From: Acidobacteriota bacterium
GTDB lineage: Bacteria > Acidobacteriota > Thermoanaerobaculia > Multivoradales > UBA5704
Direction: 5' to 3'
Assembly (NCBI GenBank): GCA_040005235.1
Contig: JBDTZG010000012.1
Coordinates: 1 to 64,000 of the forward strand
DNA: 64,000 nucleotides
A program made the position numbers and the translations under genes. Below the pieces are notes generated by a model. That model saw nothing but the letters and a program-made list of their open reading frames with translations, did no database searches and was not told where the DNA came from. Every line of letters starts with the position of its first letter. Within the stretch, counting starts at the first letter, position 1. Shown here in pieces: positions 48,186-57,474 of the stretch.

Positions 48186-49373
48186 TCAGGCGTCGACCGC
48201 GGCTTCGAGCTCGCGGATCCGGTCGCGGATCACGACTTCGGCGAGATCGGGGATGACTTCCCAGGCGACGTCCCGGACCGGACGGTCGCCGATCAGCTCG
48301 ATCACCCGGCGGGCGATCGCGTCGATGTCGGCGTCGGTCAACGCATAGTCGGCGGCGGAACCCGCCGGTGCCGAGGCGATTGATGCCGAGGCGGCCGATG
48401 CGGACGCCGCGGCCGGCGGGGCCGCTGCAGCCGGCGCTGGGGCTACGGGTGCTGGAGCCGCCGCGGCGGGCGCTGCGGGAAAGATCGTCGGCGTCCAGGG
48501 AGCTTCCTGGATCGGCTCGAACGCCGGTTCGGCGATCGAGAGGGCGGCGGGCAGATCGTCGGCGGAAAGATCGAACAGCGGCTCGGGCTCGACGCGCAGG
48601 CCGAGATCGGCCTCGGAGAGCGGCGGCAGAGACGCGCCCTCCTCTTCCACCTCGAAGGTCGACCAGACCGGCTCGGCGGGCGGCAGATAGGCGGGCTCGA
48701 CCCCTACCGGAGGATCGTCGGCGAACGTGAAGGCGGGCTCGGCGGGCGGCGCGGGAGGAGGAGGCGCGAACGCCGGGAACGGATCGGCCGCCGGAGCGGG
48801 CGAGAACGCGAAGCCGCCGAACGGGTCGTTGGCAGGGGCTGCCGGGGGCGTCGAAAACGTTGAGAACGTCGGGGCTGGCGGGGCCATCGGAGCCATCGGC
48901 GCCATCGGAGCCGCGGCGAGCGGCGCAGCCGGAGCGAGCCCGGGGAACGGATCGTCGGCGAAGCTCGGCGGGGCGGGCGGCAGGGCGGCGGGCGGCAGCG
49001 AGGAGGGCGAGCCGGAGGCGAGCAGGTCGTCGACGATCTGCAACAGCTCTTGGGAGTCGAACGGCTTCTTCAGGTGGCGATCCGCGCCGCAGGCCCGCGC
49101 TTCTGCTTCGTCAAAGGGCTCGAACGTGCCGACCAGCAGGAGCACGGGCCGATCCCGGCGGAGCGCTTTGGCGCGGCGGGCGACCTCGTAGCCGTTCGCC
49201 CCCGGCATGTGGACGTCGGCGATGACCACGTCCGGATCGACCGAGTCGAGCAACGCGATCGCTTCGTCGCCGTTGCCGACCGCCCGAACTTCGTAGTCAC
49301 CGTCCATGAAGGTCAGCTCGATCACCTTCTGGATCGTCACGCTGTCGTCGGCCAGCAGGATGCGTCGGCTCAT
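48186..49373 (-). CDS. RomR-like response regulator (receiver, Pro/Ala/acidic linker, conserved C-terminal helix)
   Basis: LLADDSVTIQKVI...ADVHMPG receiver; C-terminus VRDVAWEVIPDLAEVVIRDRIREL. Confidence 0.75.
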   Translation of the reverse strand: MSRRILLADDSVTIQKVIELTFMDGDYEVRAVGNGDEAIALLDSVDPDVVIADVHMPGANGYEVARRAKALRRDRPVLLLVGTFEPFDEAEARACGADRHLKKPFDSQELLQIVDDLLASGSPSSLPPAALPPAPPSFADDPFPGLAPAAPLAAAPMAPMAPMAPPAPTFSTFSTPPAAPANDPFGGFAFSPAPAADPFPAFAPPPPAPPAEPAFTFADDPPVGVEPAYLPPAEPVWSTFEVEEEGASLPPLSEADLGLRVEPEPLFDLSADDLPAALSIAEPAFEPIQEAPWTPTIFPAAPAAAAPAPVAPAPAAAAPPAAASASAASASIASAPAGSAADYALTDADIDAIARRVIELIGDRPVRDVAWEVIPDLAEVVIRDRIRELEAAVDA

Positions 49374-49419
49374 TGGGTTCGTTCTCCGGTCTGCTTAAAC
49401 TTAAAGCGGCCCCTTAGCT

Positions 49420-49821
49420 TCAGGCCGCCTCTAAACGTTGCTTCAAGTAGTCCACGATGTCTCGGGTCGCCGTACCGGGCAGGAAGATCGCATCCACGCC
49501 CGCGAGTTTGAGCTTCGGAATGTCCGCCGCCGGGATGATCCCCCCGGCGAAGACCAGCACGTCCGCGGCCCCCTGGTCGCGCAACAAGCGCGTCACCTCG
49601 GGCAGCAGGCTGTTGTGCGCACCCGACAGGATCGACAGGCCGACGGCGTCGACGTCCTCCTGCACGGCGGCGGCGGCGATCTGCTCCGGCGTCTGGCGCA
49701 GCCCGGTGTAGATCACCTCGTATCCGGCGTCGCGCAAGGCCCGCGCCACCACTTTCGCTCCCCGATCGTGGCCGTCCAAACCCGGCTTCGCGATCAGCAC
49801 CCGCACCCGTCGATTCGTCAT
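49420..49821 (-). CDS. Stand-alone cobalamin-binding subunit of an acyl-CoA (methylmalonyl-CoA-type) mutase
   Basis: [13 protein letters not shown] (DxHxxG), GLSILSGAH and GGIIP. Confidence 0.92.
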   Translation of the reverse strand: MTNRRVRVLIAKPGLDGHDRGAKVVARALRDAGYEVIYTGLRQTPEQIAAAAVQEDVDAVGLSILSGAHNSLLPEVTRLLRDQGAADVLVFAGGIIPAADIPKLKLAGVDAIFLPGTATRDIVDYLKQRLEAA

Positions 49822-50006
49822 AAGTCCCAAGTTTATCAGACGCCTACCCGTTTGGGCGTGGGACACGGTGCCTATCGCTCTGTTAGAATAAGTTCCCCCG
49901 GCCGTGAGGCCGAGAGTCCATTCGCGGGATCCCCATCGATCTCAGCTCAGGCCGCTCAGGCCAAATTTCAGGTCCCTCGGCGGACCAGAAATCGGGACAT
50001 TTTCTA

Positions 50007-52031
50007 ATGAAATACCTTCGCCTTCGTGCCCTTGGTGTACGCCGCTCTCTTCTCACCCTTCTCTGTCTCGCAGCTTCTTTCACCCCGGCGCTCCGCGCCC
50101 AGCAGCCAAGCCTGCCTGCCAACAAGAGCGGCTTCCCGATCTCGATTCCCGGCCAGCTCGTGAACAATGGCAACGGCAACGGCGTGTTCAGCCAGCCGGT
50201 GGCTGCGGACCTCGGCCTCTCGCCGGGATTCAAATCGATCGTCTTCGGCCTACGCAACGGCAGGCTCTACGTGATCTACCGCAATCCGGCCAACGGCGTC
50301 TGGGGAGTGGCGCCCGGCTTTCCAGTGCAGTTGCCGAGCCACATCGCGGCGAGCCCGACGGTCGGCGACGTCACCGGCGACGGGGTCGCCGAGATCGCGG
50401 TCGGCTACGGCTCGACGCTACAGGGCGCGCCACCGAACCCCGCGCCCGGAGGGTTCCGGGTCTACCGCAACAACGGCACGCTGCTCTGGCAGAAGATCAC
50501 CGAAGATCGGGTGGAGGGCGTGGACGGCCAGCCCGACCCGGTGGTCGGCTCGGCGGCGATCGGCGACGTCGATGGCGACGGCGATCCCGACGTAGTGTTC
50601 GGCGGGTTCGATTACAACCTCTACCTGGTCGACGGTCCGACCGGCAACAACCTTGCCGGCTGGCCGAAGTTCATGCGCGACACGGTGTTCTCGTCGCCCG
50701 TTCTCCACGACATCGACGGCGACGGCAAGAAAGACGTGATCTTGGGCGTCGACGCCCATCAGGAAGGCTCGCCGTTCTTCACCCCGAACGGCGGCTGCCT
50801 GCGCGTCTTCCGCTACGACGCCACCGGCACCGGCTTATCGAGCATGACCATGTTGGGCTCGCCGATCAGCGAAATCCCGGGCTTTCCCAAGTGCGTCGAC
50901 CAGGTGATCGTAAGCTCCCCCGCGGTGGGCGACATCGACGGCGACGGCCGTCCGGAGATCATCCACGGCACGGGCTCGTTTTATGCCGGCCGCCAGCAAA
51001 AGATCTACGGCTGGCACTGCGACGGCTCGCCGGTCTGGGGTAGCGTCGCCAACCCGGGCCTCGCGGTGACCGGCCAGGTGATCACCGATCCGGCGCTTGC
51101 CGACATCACCGGCGACGGCATTCTCGACGTCCTCTTCACCACCGACAACACCTCGCCGGCCACGACGTTCCTACTTCACGCCGTCCGCGCGAACGGCACC
51201 GACATCTTCCCGCCGGTGGCGCCGAAGAGCTTTTTCGGCAATACCCCGAACGCGGGCGACCCGATCGTCGCCGACGTTCTCGGCGACACGGCGCTCGAAA
51301 TCCTGGTGCCGGTCAATACCGAGGTCGCGGCGTTCACCACCGCGGGCGTGCAACTCACCGAGACGACGCCGCACCCGAATCCGGTCGTCAAGCCGAGCTT
51401 CTATACCGCCAACACCGTCTCCGGCGTGGCGGTCACCGATCTCGAAACCAACGGCGCGGGCGCTCAGTCCGAGGTGGTCGTGGTCTCCGCAACGCCGTTC
51501 TCAACCCAGAGCGATACCCAGGTCAACGTCTGGACCCCGATCAACCGGGTCGGCGCCATGCCCTGGCCGATGTTCCACCAAAATCCGCTGCGCACCGGGG
51601 TGGTCCCGGGAACGGGACCTTGCGCGGTTCACGGCGTGTGCAACATCTCCAACGTCGCCCGTCAGTTCTTCACCCTCTCCCCTTGCCGGATCCTCGACAC
51701 GCGCAACGCCAACGGACCCTACGGCGGGCCGGCCCTCACCTCGGGTGCCCTGCGCGACTTCTCGGTCTTCGGCGTCTGCGGCATTCCGATCACCGCGCGC
51801 GCGATCTCGACCAACGTCACCGTGGTCGCGCCCACCAGCAGCGGCTTCGTCCGCTTCTCACCCGGCTGCGAAGTCCCGGTCCCCGCGGTGGTCAATTTCT
51901 CGCCCAATCAGGTCCGCGGCAACAACGCGGTTCTGTCGATCAGCGACACGGGCGTCCTCACCGGCAACTCCTTCGTCGGCGGCAACGGCACGGTCCACGT
52001 GATCGTGGACGTGAACGGGTATTACCAGTAG
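50007..52031 (+). CDS. Secreted FG-GAP/VCBS-repeat protein with C-terminal PCRxxDTR domain
   Basis: Signal peptide; several SP.vGDiDGDG..ei repeats; WPMFHQN..RTG; terminal FFTLSPCRILDTR...HVIVDVNGYYQ. Confidence 0.85.
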   Translation: MKYLRLRALGVRRSLLTLLCLAASFTPALRAQQPSLPANKSGFPISIPGQLVNNGNGNGVFSQPVAADLGLSPGFKSIVFGLRNGRLYVIYRNPANGVWGVAPGFPVQLPSHIAASPTVGDVTGDGVAEIAVGYGSTLQGAPPNPAPGGFRVYRNNGTLLWQKITEDRVEGVDGQPDPVVGSAAIGDVDGDGDPDVVFGGFDYNLYLVDGPTGNNLAGWPKFMRDTVFSSPVLHDIDGDGKKDVILGVDAHQEGSPFFTPNGGCLRVFRYDATGTGLSSMTMLGSPISEIPGFPKCVDQVIVSSPAVGDIDGDGRPEIIHGTGSFYAGRQQKIYGWHCDGSPVWGSVANPGLAVTGQVITDPALADITGDGILDVLFTTDNTSPATTFLLHAVRANGTDIFPPVAPKSFFGNTPNAGDPIVADVLGDTALEILVPVNTEVAAFTTAGVQLTETTPHPNPVVKPSFYTANTVSGVAVTDLETNGAGAQSEVVVVSATPFSTQSDTQVNVWTPINRVGAMPWPMFHQNPLRTGVVPGTGPCAVHGVCNISNVARQFFTLSPCRILDTRNANGPYGGPALTSGALRDFSVFGVCGIPITARAISTNVTVVAPTSSGFVRFSPGCEVPVPAVVNFSPNQVRGNNAVLSISDTGVLTGNSFVGGNGTVHVIVDVNGYYQ

Positions 52032-52034
52032 GGG

Positions 52035-52718
52035 CTAGGCACGCCGGGCGAGCGCGAGCAGCTGATAGCCGAGCAGCGTCGGCATCAGCCGCGTGAGCCC
52101 GACGAGCAGCCCTTCGGCCGGGGTGAGCAGCCAGCCCGGCCAACCCGGGAGCGCGAGGCGGAGCGGCAGGGTCGAAACCGCCCGCCTCTCGACCCGGAAT
52201 CCCGCCGCTGCCAACCGGCGTTCGAGGGTTCGGCGGGTCAGAAACACCCGATGGGTCCGGTCGAGAATTCCGCGCTCCGCGTAGTCGAAGCGACCGAACA
52301 ACAGCGCCAGGCGGACGGTCAGGTTCGCGATGTTCGGCACCGAGACCAGCAGCGGTGCCCCGGAGGGCAGCGCAGCCGCAAGCTGGGCGAGCGTACGATC
52401 CGGATCGACCAGGTGTTCGAGCACGTCGGCGGCGAGCGCGGCGTCGAAGCTGCGGGGCAGTCGGTCGAGGGTTTCGAGATCGACGATCGCCCCTCCGGCG
52501 AAACGCTCCGCGAGCGGTGCCAAACCTTCCAAGCTCCCTTCGAGCCCGACCCAATGGAGATCGGCGCGCCCGGCCAGCCGCGCCACCTGGCCGGTGCCCG
52601 GTCCCAGCTCCAGCAGGCGAACCCCTATGGGCAGCTCGCGCACCCAGGCCGCGAGTTGCCGGTGACTGGAGCCGTGGAAATCCTTGAGCACGTAGCTCCC
52701 GGGAGCCGGCGTGATCAT
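52035..52718 (-). CDS. Class I SAM-dependent methyltransferase (glycan-associated)
   Basis: LLELGPGTG, DVLEHL.DP, SVPNIAN and GILDRTH. Confidence 0.85.
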   Translation of the reverse strand: MITPAPGSYVLKDFHGSSHRQLAAWVRELPIGVRLLELGPGTGQVARLAGRADLHWVGLEGSLEGLAPLAERFAGGAIVDLETLDRLPRSFDAALAADVLEHLVDPDRTLAQLAAALPSGAPLLVSVPNIANLTVRLALLFGRFDYAERGILDRTHRVFLTRRTLERRLAAAGFRVERRAVSTLPLRLALPGWPGWLLTPAEGLLVGLTRLMPTLLGYQLLALARRA

Positions 52719-53614
52719 TCGGCCTCTCCGGGCTGCGCGGGAGCCGGGGTCAATTCGATCGCCTCGGCGGCCGCCAGCAGGGGATAGCGAAGGATCTTCT
52801 TCTTGTGCAGCTTGTAGCGCACGAGCACGCCCAGGATCGAAAAACCGTACTGGACGCTCTTCCAGAAACCGATCTGGGACGCCTCGTCGAAATAGCGCGT
52901 GGCGATCGGGATCTCGCGAATCCGCAATCTGCGCCAGACCCCTTGGGCGATGATCTCGGTGTCGAACACGAAGTTGTCCGAGTTCGCTTCGAGGGCGACC
53001 CCTTCGAGGTAGCGCCGGCTATAGGCCCGCAGGCCGGAGTGGTATTCCGACAGGAAAACGTAAAACGTGGCGTTCGCGAGCGCGGTGAGCCCCAGGTTTG
53101 CCAGGTACTTCCACTTCGGCATTCCCCCTTCGAGCGGCCGGCCGCCGAGCATTCGACTGCCGAACACGGCGTCGCATTCGCCCGAGATCAATGGCCCGAC
53201 CAGCTGGGGGATCGCCTTGGGATCGTACTGATGGTCGGGATGGACCATCACCACGATGTCCGCCCCGCGCGCGAGCGCCTCGCGGTAGCAGGTCTTCTGG
53301 TTGCCGCCATAGCCCCGATTCTGCGGATGGACGACCGTATGAATCCCCAACTCGCGGGCGATCGCCACGGTCCGGTCCCGGCTGCCGTCGTCAACCAGCA
53401 CGACGTCATCCACCCAACGTAACGGCAGATCGGAAAACGTCCGCTCGAGCGTCGTCTCCGCGTTGTAGGCGGGCATGACGACGCAGATCTTCTGCAGACG
53501 GGGCGCACCAGTCGCGGTTTCCACGGCAGCGAAGTCTAGGGGGCTCCGCGGCAGGAATCCAGCTTGAACGGCGATTCCGCCGCCGTCCGTCCCCCTCTCT
53601 TCCCCACCCATCAC
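52715..53614 (-). CDS. GT2 glycosyltransferase (Dol-P-Man synthase-like)
   Basis: VVMPAYN, VDDGS.D, NRGYGGNQK, HPDHQY, GSR and FVFDTE. The true start may be nearer 53524. Confidence 0.9.
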   Translation of the reverse strand: MMGGEERGTDGGGIAVQAGFLPRSPLDFAAVETATGAPRLQKICVVMPAYNAETTLERTFSDLPLRWVDDVVLVDDGSRDRTVAIARELGIHTVVHPQNRGYGGNQKTCYREALARGADIVVMVHPDHQYDPKAIPQLVGPLISGECDAVFGSRMLGGRPLEGGMPKWKYLANLGLTALANATFYVFLSEYHSGLRAYSRRYLEGVALEANSDNFVFDTEIIAQGVWRRLRIREIPIATRYFDEASQIGFWKSVQYGFSILGVLVRYKLHKKKILRYPLLAAAEAIELTPAPAQPGEAE

Positions 53615-53653
53615 GTTCTACGGATATACTCCGGTCCCTTTTCGAGGTTCTTG

Positions 53654-54007
53654 ATGCCTTCCGTAGAGACTGCCGAAGCCCGACCCATGCCTATTCCGGC
53701 CTCCCGCTCGCTGGAGAACGCGATTGAGGATGCCGAGCGGTTCGGTCGATTGGAGGCCGAGGCATTCGAAGCCGGGCTGCGCGAGATCGAGCAGCGGGAA
53801 CGCGAGAACCTGATGGGAAAGACGGCGCTCGCCTCGGATCAGTTCGGTCCCGGGGTCCAAGACGACCTCCCGGTGGCGACTAGTACGGAAGTGCTTCGTC
53901 TCCGCCGTGAGATCGACCGGCTCGCCGATTTTCACCGGACGCTCCTCCATTCGCGATCTTGGCGCCTGCTCCAGGCGCTCAAGCGTCCGATCGGACGGGC
54001 CTGGTAG
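53654..54007 (+). CDS. Small coiled-coil protein ending in an SxSWR amphipathic helix
   Basis: EVLRLRREIDRL...LLHSRSWRLLQALKR. Confidence 0.55.
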   Translation: MPSVETAEARPMPIPASRSLENAIEDAERFGRLEAEAFEAGLREIEQRERENLMGKTALASDQFGPGVQDDLPVATSTEVLRLRREIDRLADFHRTLLHSRSWRLLQALKRPIGRAW

Positions 54008-54029
54008 GGGATCGGGGCGCAAAGGAACG

Positions 54030-54332
54030 ATGCCGAACGACCGGGACGCTTTGGAGTCCGCGCTACGGATCGCCCGCCTCGAAGCGCGGGTGGCCACGCT
54101 CGAAGAGGCGTTGCTGCGCCGCTCCAGGGAGTTGCGCGAGCTGCAGCGTCATCTGCCGAGCTGGGAGCTTTTGAACCTGTCGCGCCTGGCCGGCGGGCTG
54201 CCTCCGGTTCCCCACGGACGCTACGACCTCGAAGTCTGGCGCGAGACGACCGCACTTTCCCACGCGAGCGTAGAAGAGACGCTGCTCGACCTTTGGCAGA
54301 GCCTGACCCCTACAGTCGCCGCCTCCCGATGA
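54030..54332 (+). CDS. Small hypothetical coiled-coil protein
   Basis: AAGGA RBS; RIARLEARVATLEEAL heptads; ATGA overlap with the glycosyltransferase. Confidence 0.55.
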   Translation: MPNDRDALESALRIARLEARVATLEEALLRRSRELRELQRHLPSWELLNLSRLAGGLPPVPHGRYDLEVWRETTALSHASVEETLLDLWQSLTPTVAASR

Positions 54333-56215
54333 CCGATTTTGCCTCGACATCGCCTCCCGGCGCCCCGTCGCGGAAGGCCACGCTGCTGGTTCTCGCCTGG
54401 AATCGTTGGGATCTCACCGAGCGCTGCCTCGCCACCCTGCTTACGACCGACCTTAGAAACACCGAGGTTCTGGTGGTCGACAACGGTTCGACCGATGAGA
54501 CGCCGGAGCGGCTGGCCGAAATCAGCGGGATCCGCGTGCTGCGGCTGCCTAAAAACCTCGGCTTCGTGCGCGGCAACAACGCCGGAATCGCCGCCGTCGA
54601 TCCGGCCAACGACATCGTCTTGTTGAACAACGACCTGATTTTTACTCAGGACGACTGGCTGACCCGCCTGCGCGCGGCCGCCGTGTCGGACCCGAAGATC
54701 GGCGTCGTCGGCGCCCGGCTGCGGCTGCCGGACGGCAGGTTGCTCCATGCCGGAACTTACATCCTGCCCGACACCATGTGGGGCCAGCAGATCGGATCGC
54801 TCGAACAGGACCTCGGCCAGTACACGGCGGAGGTCCGCGAGGTCGAGGGGATCGTCTTTGCCTGCGCCTATATCAAGCGCGAGCTGATGGCGCAGATCGG
54901 CGGCCTGGCGCTCGATTTCGAGTCGTATTTCGAGGACACCGACTACTGCTTGCGGGCGCGGGACGCGGGCTTTAAGACCGTCGTCTGCGGCGGCGTCACT
55001 CTGATCCATGACGAGCACGGCTCGACCCAAAACGACCCCGATTCGCTCGGCCGCCTGTTCCAGACCAGCCGCGCGACGTTCCGGGCGAAATGGGGATCGG
55101 ATCTGGCGGACCGCTACGGGCATCGCCTGCTCTGGCAGTCGATCATGAACTTCCCCACCGGCTACGCGATGAGCTGCCGCGAGATCCTGCGCGCGCTCGA
55201 TGCCGAGGGGGTGGAGGTCGCCTACCGCTACGTCTACGGGCCGCGCACGGTATTTCCGCCCAACGAGCCGGAGGACAGCGAGGACTACCGGCTGAACGTG
55301 CTGCGCTCGCGGCGCGTCTCGTGGCGCCCGAAAGCCTCGGTGGTCTACGGCCAGGCCGACGTCTTTGGCAGCAACCGCGGCCGGATCAAGATTGGCTACA
55401 CGATGCTCGAAGTCGACGGCTTCCCCCGCGACTGGGTGCGCGCGGCGCAGAAGATGGCCGAGGTCTGGGTGCCGAGCGAGTTCAACCGGCAGGGATTTCT
55501 CGACTCGGGTCTCACCCGGCCGATCCAGATCGTCCCTCTCGGCGTCGACACCCATTATTTCCATCCCGGGCTCCACTCCTTCCCCAACCCGCATGGGGAA
55601 TACGTCTTCTTCTCCGCATTCGAGTGGGGGGAGCGCAAAGAGCCCGGTCTGCTGCTCAAGATCTTCAACGACGAGTTCGGCTGCGACGAGCCGGTGCGTC
55701 TGGTCTGCAAGGTGATCAATCGCGATCCCGGCTTGAAGCTCAAGGAGGAGATCCGCGCCCTGCGCCTGCGCGATCAGGGGGGCCGGATCTCGTTCCTGTT
55801 CAACCAGGAGTTCCCCCACTATCAGCTCGGTTCGCTCTACCGGTCAATGGACTGTTTCGTCTCGGTGTCGCGCGGCGAGGGGTGGAACATGCCGCTGATG
55901 GAGGCGATGGCCTGCGGCCTTCCCGCGATCGCCACCGATTGGGGCGCTCATCGCGAGTTCGTCCACGAGGGGAACGCCTATCCGCTGCGCGTTCGCGGCA
56001 CCATCCCCGCGATCGCAAAGTGCCCCTATTACACGGGTTTCCGTTGGGCCGATCCGGACCCCGACCACCTGCGCCACCTGATGCGCTGGGTGTTCGAGCA
56101 CCGCGACGAGGCGCGGGCCAAAGGCGCCCAAGCCGCCCGCGAGGTCGCCGAACGTTGGACCTGGCGGCACACCGCGCAGAAGATCGTCGCGCGGTTGACG
56201 GCATTGGGCGCCTGA
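54329..56215 (+). CDS. Bifunctional GT2 + GT4 glycosyltransferase
   Basis: VDNGSTD, NLGF..GNN, LLNND and FEDTD (GT2); RGEGWNMPLMEAMACG (GT4 EX7E). Confidence 0.9.
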   Translation: MTDFASTSPPGAPSRKATLLVLAWNRWDLTERCLATLLTTDLRNTEVLVVDNGSTDETPERLAEISGIRVLRLPKNLGFVRGNNAGIAAVDPANDIVLLNNDLIFTQDDWLTRLRAAAVSDPKIGVVGARLRLPDGRLLHAGTYILPDTMWGQQIGSLEQDLGQYTAEVREVEGIVFACAYIKRELMAQIGGLALDFESYFEDTDYCLRARDAGFKTVVCGGVTLIHDEHGSTQNDPDSLGRLFQTSRATFRAKWGSDLADRYGHRLLWQSIMNFPTGYAMSCREILRALDAEGVEVAYRYVYGPRTVFPPNEPEDSEDYRLNVLRSRRVSWRPKASVVYGQADVFGSNRGRIKIGYTMLEVDGFPRDWVRAAQKMAEVWVPSEFNRQGFLDSGLTRPIQIVPLGVDTHYFHPGLHSFPNPHGEYVFFSAFEWGERKEPGLLLKIFNDEFGCDEPVRLVCKVINRDPGLKLKEEIRALRLRDQGGRISFLFNQEFPHYQLGSLYRSMDCFVSVSRGEGWNMPLMEAMACGLPAIATDWGAHREFVHEGNAYPLRVRGTIPAIAKCPYYTGFRWADPDPDHLRHLMRWVFEHRDEARAKGAQAAREVAERWTWRHTAQKIVARLTALGA

Positions 56216-56225
56216 GAACGTCGCC

Positions 56226-57368
56226 CTAGTCGATCGCCTCGCCCTTCTCCACCTTGGCGATCAGGTTCTCCAGGTTCTTCTTCGCCGCGTCGTCGGGCGC
56301 GGTCGTGAACGCGGCTTTCAAATGCCGCAGGGCGTCGTCTTTCTTGCCCGCGGCCGCGCTCGCTCGGCCGAGGCTCACCTCGGTCGGCCAGACCCCGGGG
56401 AAGCGCTTGCCGTTGGTCTCCAAGACCTTGATGCCGAGGGCGGTCTTCTTTGCCGCCAGGAACTGTCGGCCGGCGTTGTGAATCTCGAAGGCGCCCGCGG
56501 ACGGGTGGCTGATCGCCAGATCGAGCGTCTTGGCCGATTCCGCGGTCTGGCCATTGGCTTCCTGGAGCGCGGCGAGGGTGGAGAGAGTGGTGAAATTGGC
56601 CTGACCGCCGAACGAACCGGCTACCGCGGCCTGTGCCCAGGCGAGGCCCTCGGGCAGGTTGACCAGATGCGCGAGGCAGAAGTTCGCCGCCGCATCCCAG
56701 TTCTGCCAGGAGAAGCCTTGGGAGTTCTGCAGCTCGCGGCGGATGTTTTCGACGTAGAGCTGGTCGGCGTTCGGCACGTCGATCTTCAAGGGGAGGGCGA
56801 GGTTTTCCCACTCCAGCTCGACCGTCGCGGTGGCCGGCTGGCGATCGACGAACTCGTAGGTCAGAAACTCGCGATAGGCGCTCTCGACCGGTTTGGCGGT
56901 CACCCGCAAAGCGTCTTGCTTGGCGTCATAGAAAAAGCTGCCCCACGCGGTCGAGTTGTGGGAAAAGACCACCGTCCATTCCTCTTTGCCCGGAATGAAA
57001 TGCAAGCCGTAGGTGCCGGCCGGGAGCGGCTTGCCTTGCACCACCACGTCCTGATCGACCGAAAACGTGGTGTTCTGGTTCGAGCCGCCCCGCCAGGGGC
57101 ACTGGTCGCCGCAGGTGCCGAACCCCAGGTTCGCCAGTCCATACGGGACCAGGTCACCCCAGATCTTGCCTTTGCGGTCGGTGCCGTCCGGCGCGTGGAC
57201 GTTCGGGCTGTTGTAGGTGATCTCGACGTTGACCCGGCCGATCTGCTGCGACACTTCGGAGTGCTGGTTGTCGCCGCTCGGAGGAAGGGTGAGGCCCTGG
57301 GAGACGGAGGGGGAAGCAAGTGCGAGGAGAGTGAGGAGTGTGAGGCAGGGTCTCAAAGAACGCTTCAT
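56226..57368 (-). CDS. DUF2911-domain secreted protein with C-terminal TPR-like helices
   Basis: YNSP...IWGDLVPYG, WRGGSN, LPAGTYGL..IP and LEWEN. Confidence 0.85.
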   Translation of the reverse strand: MKRSLRPCLTLLTLLALASPSVSQGLTLPPSGDNQHSEVSQQIGRVNVEITYNSPNVHAPDGTDRKGKIWGDLVPYGLANLGFGTCGDQCPWRGGSNQNTTFSVDQDVVVQGKPLPAGTYGLHFIPGKEEWTVVFSHNSTAWGSFFYDAKQDALRVTAKPVESAYREFLTYEFVDRQPATATVELEWENLALPLKIDVPNADQLYVENIRRELQNSQGFSWQNWDAAANFCLAHLVNLPEGLAWAQAAVAGSFGGQANFTTLSTLAALQEANGQTAESAKTLDLAISHPSAGAFEIHNAGRQFLAAKKTALGIKVLETNGKRFPGVWPTEVSLGRASAAAGKKDDALRHLKAAFTTAPDDAAKKNLENLIAKVEKGEAID

Positions 57369-57474
57369 CAGTGTTTCCTCCCGGTGGGCGTGGATGTCCT
57401 CTCGATGGACTTGGAAGACAGCTACGCAACGGCTCGGCGAAGGTTTGCCCGGTTTCGTTTACGATGCCTGCATC

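Noticed and set aside
48360-49010. Low-complexity GC repeats
   Set aside because: Explained by the Pro/Ala linker of the RomR-like protein.
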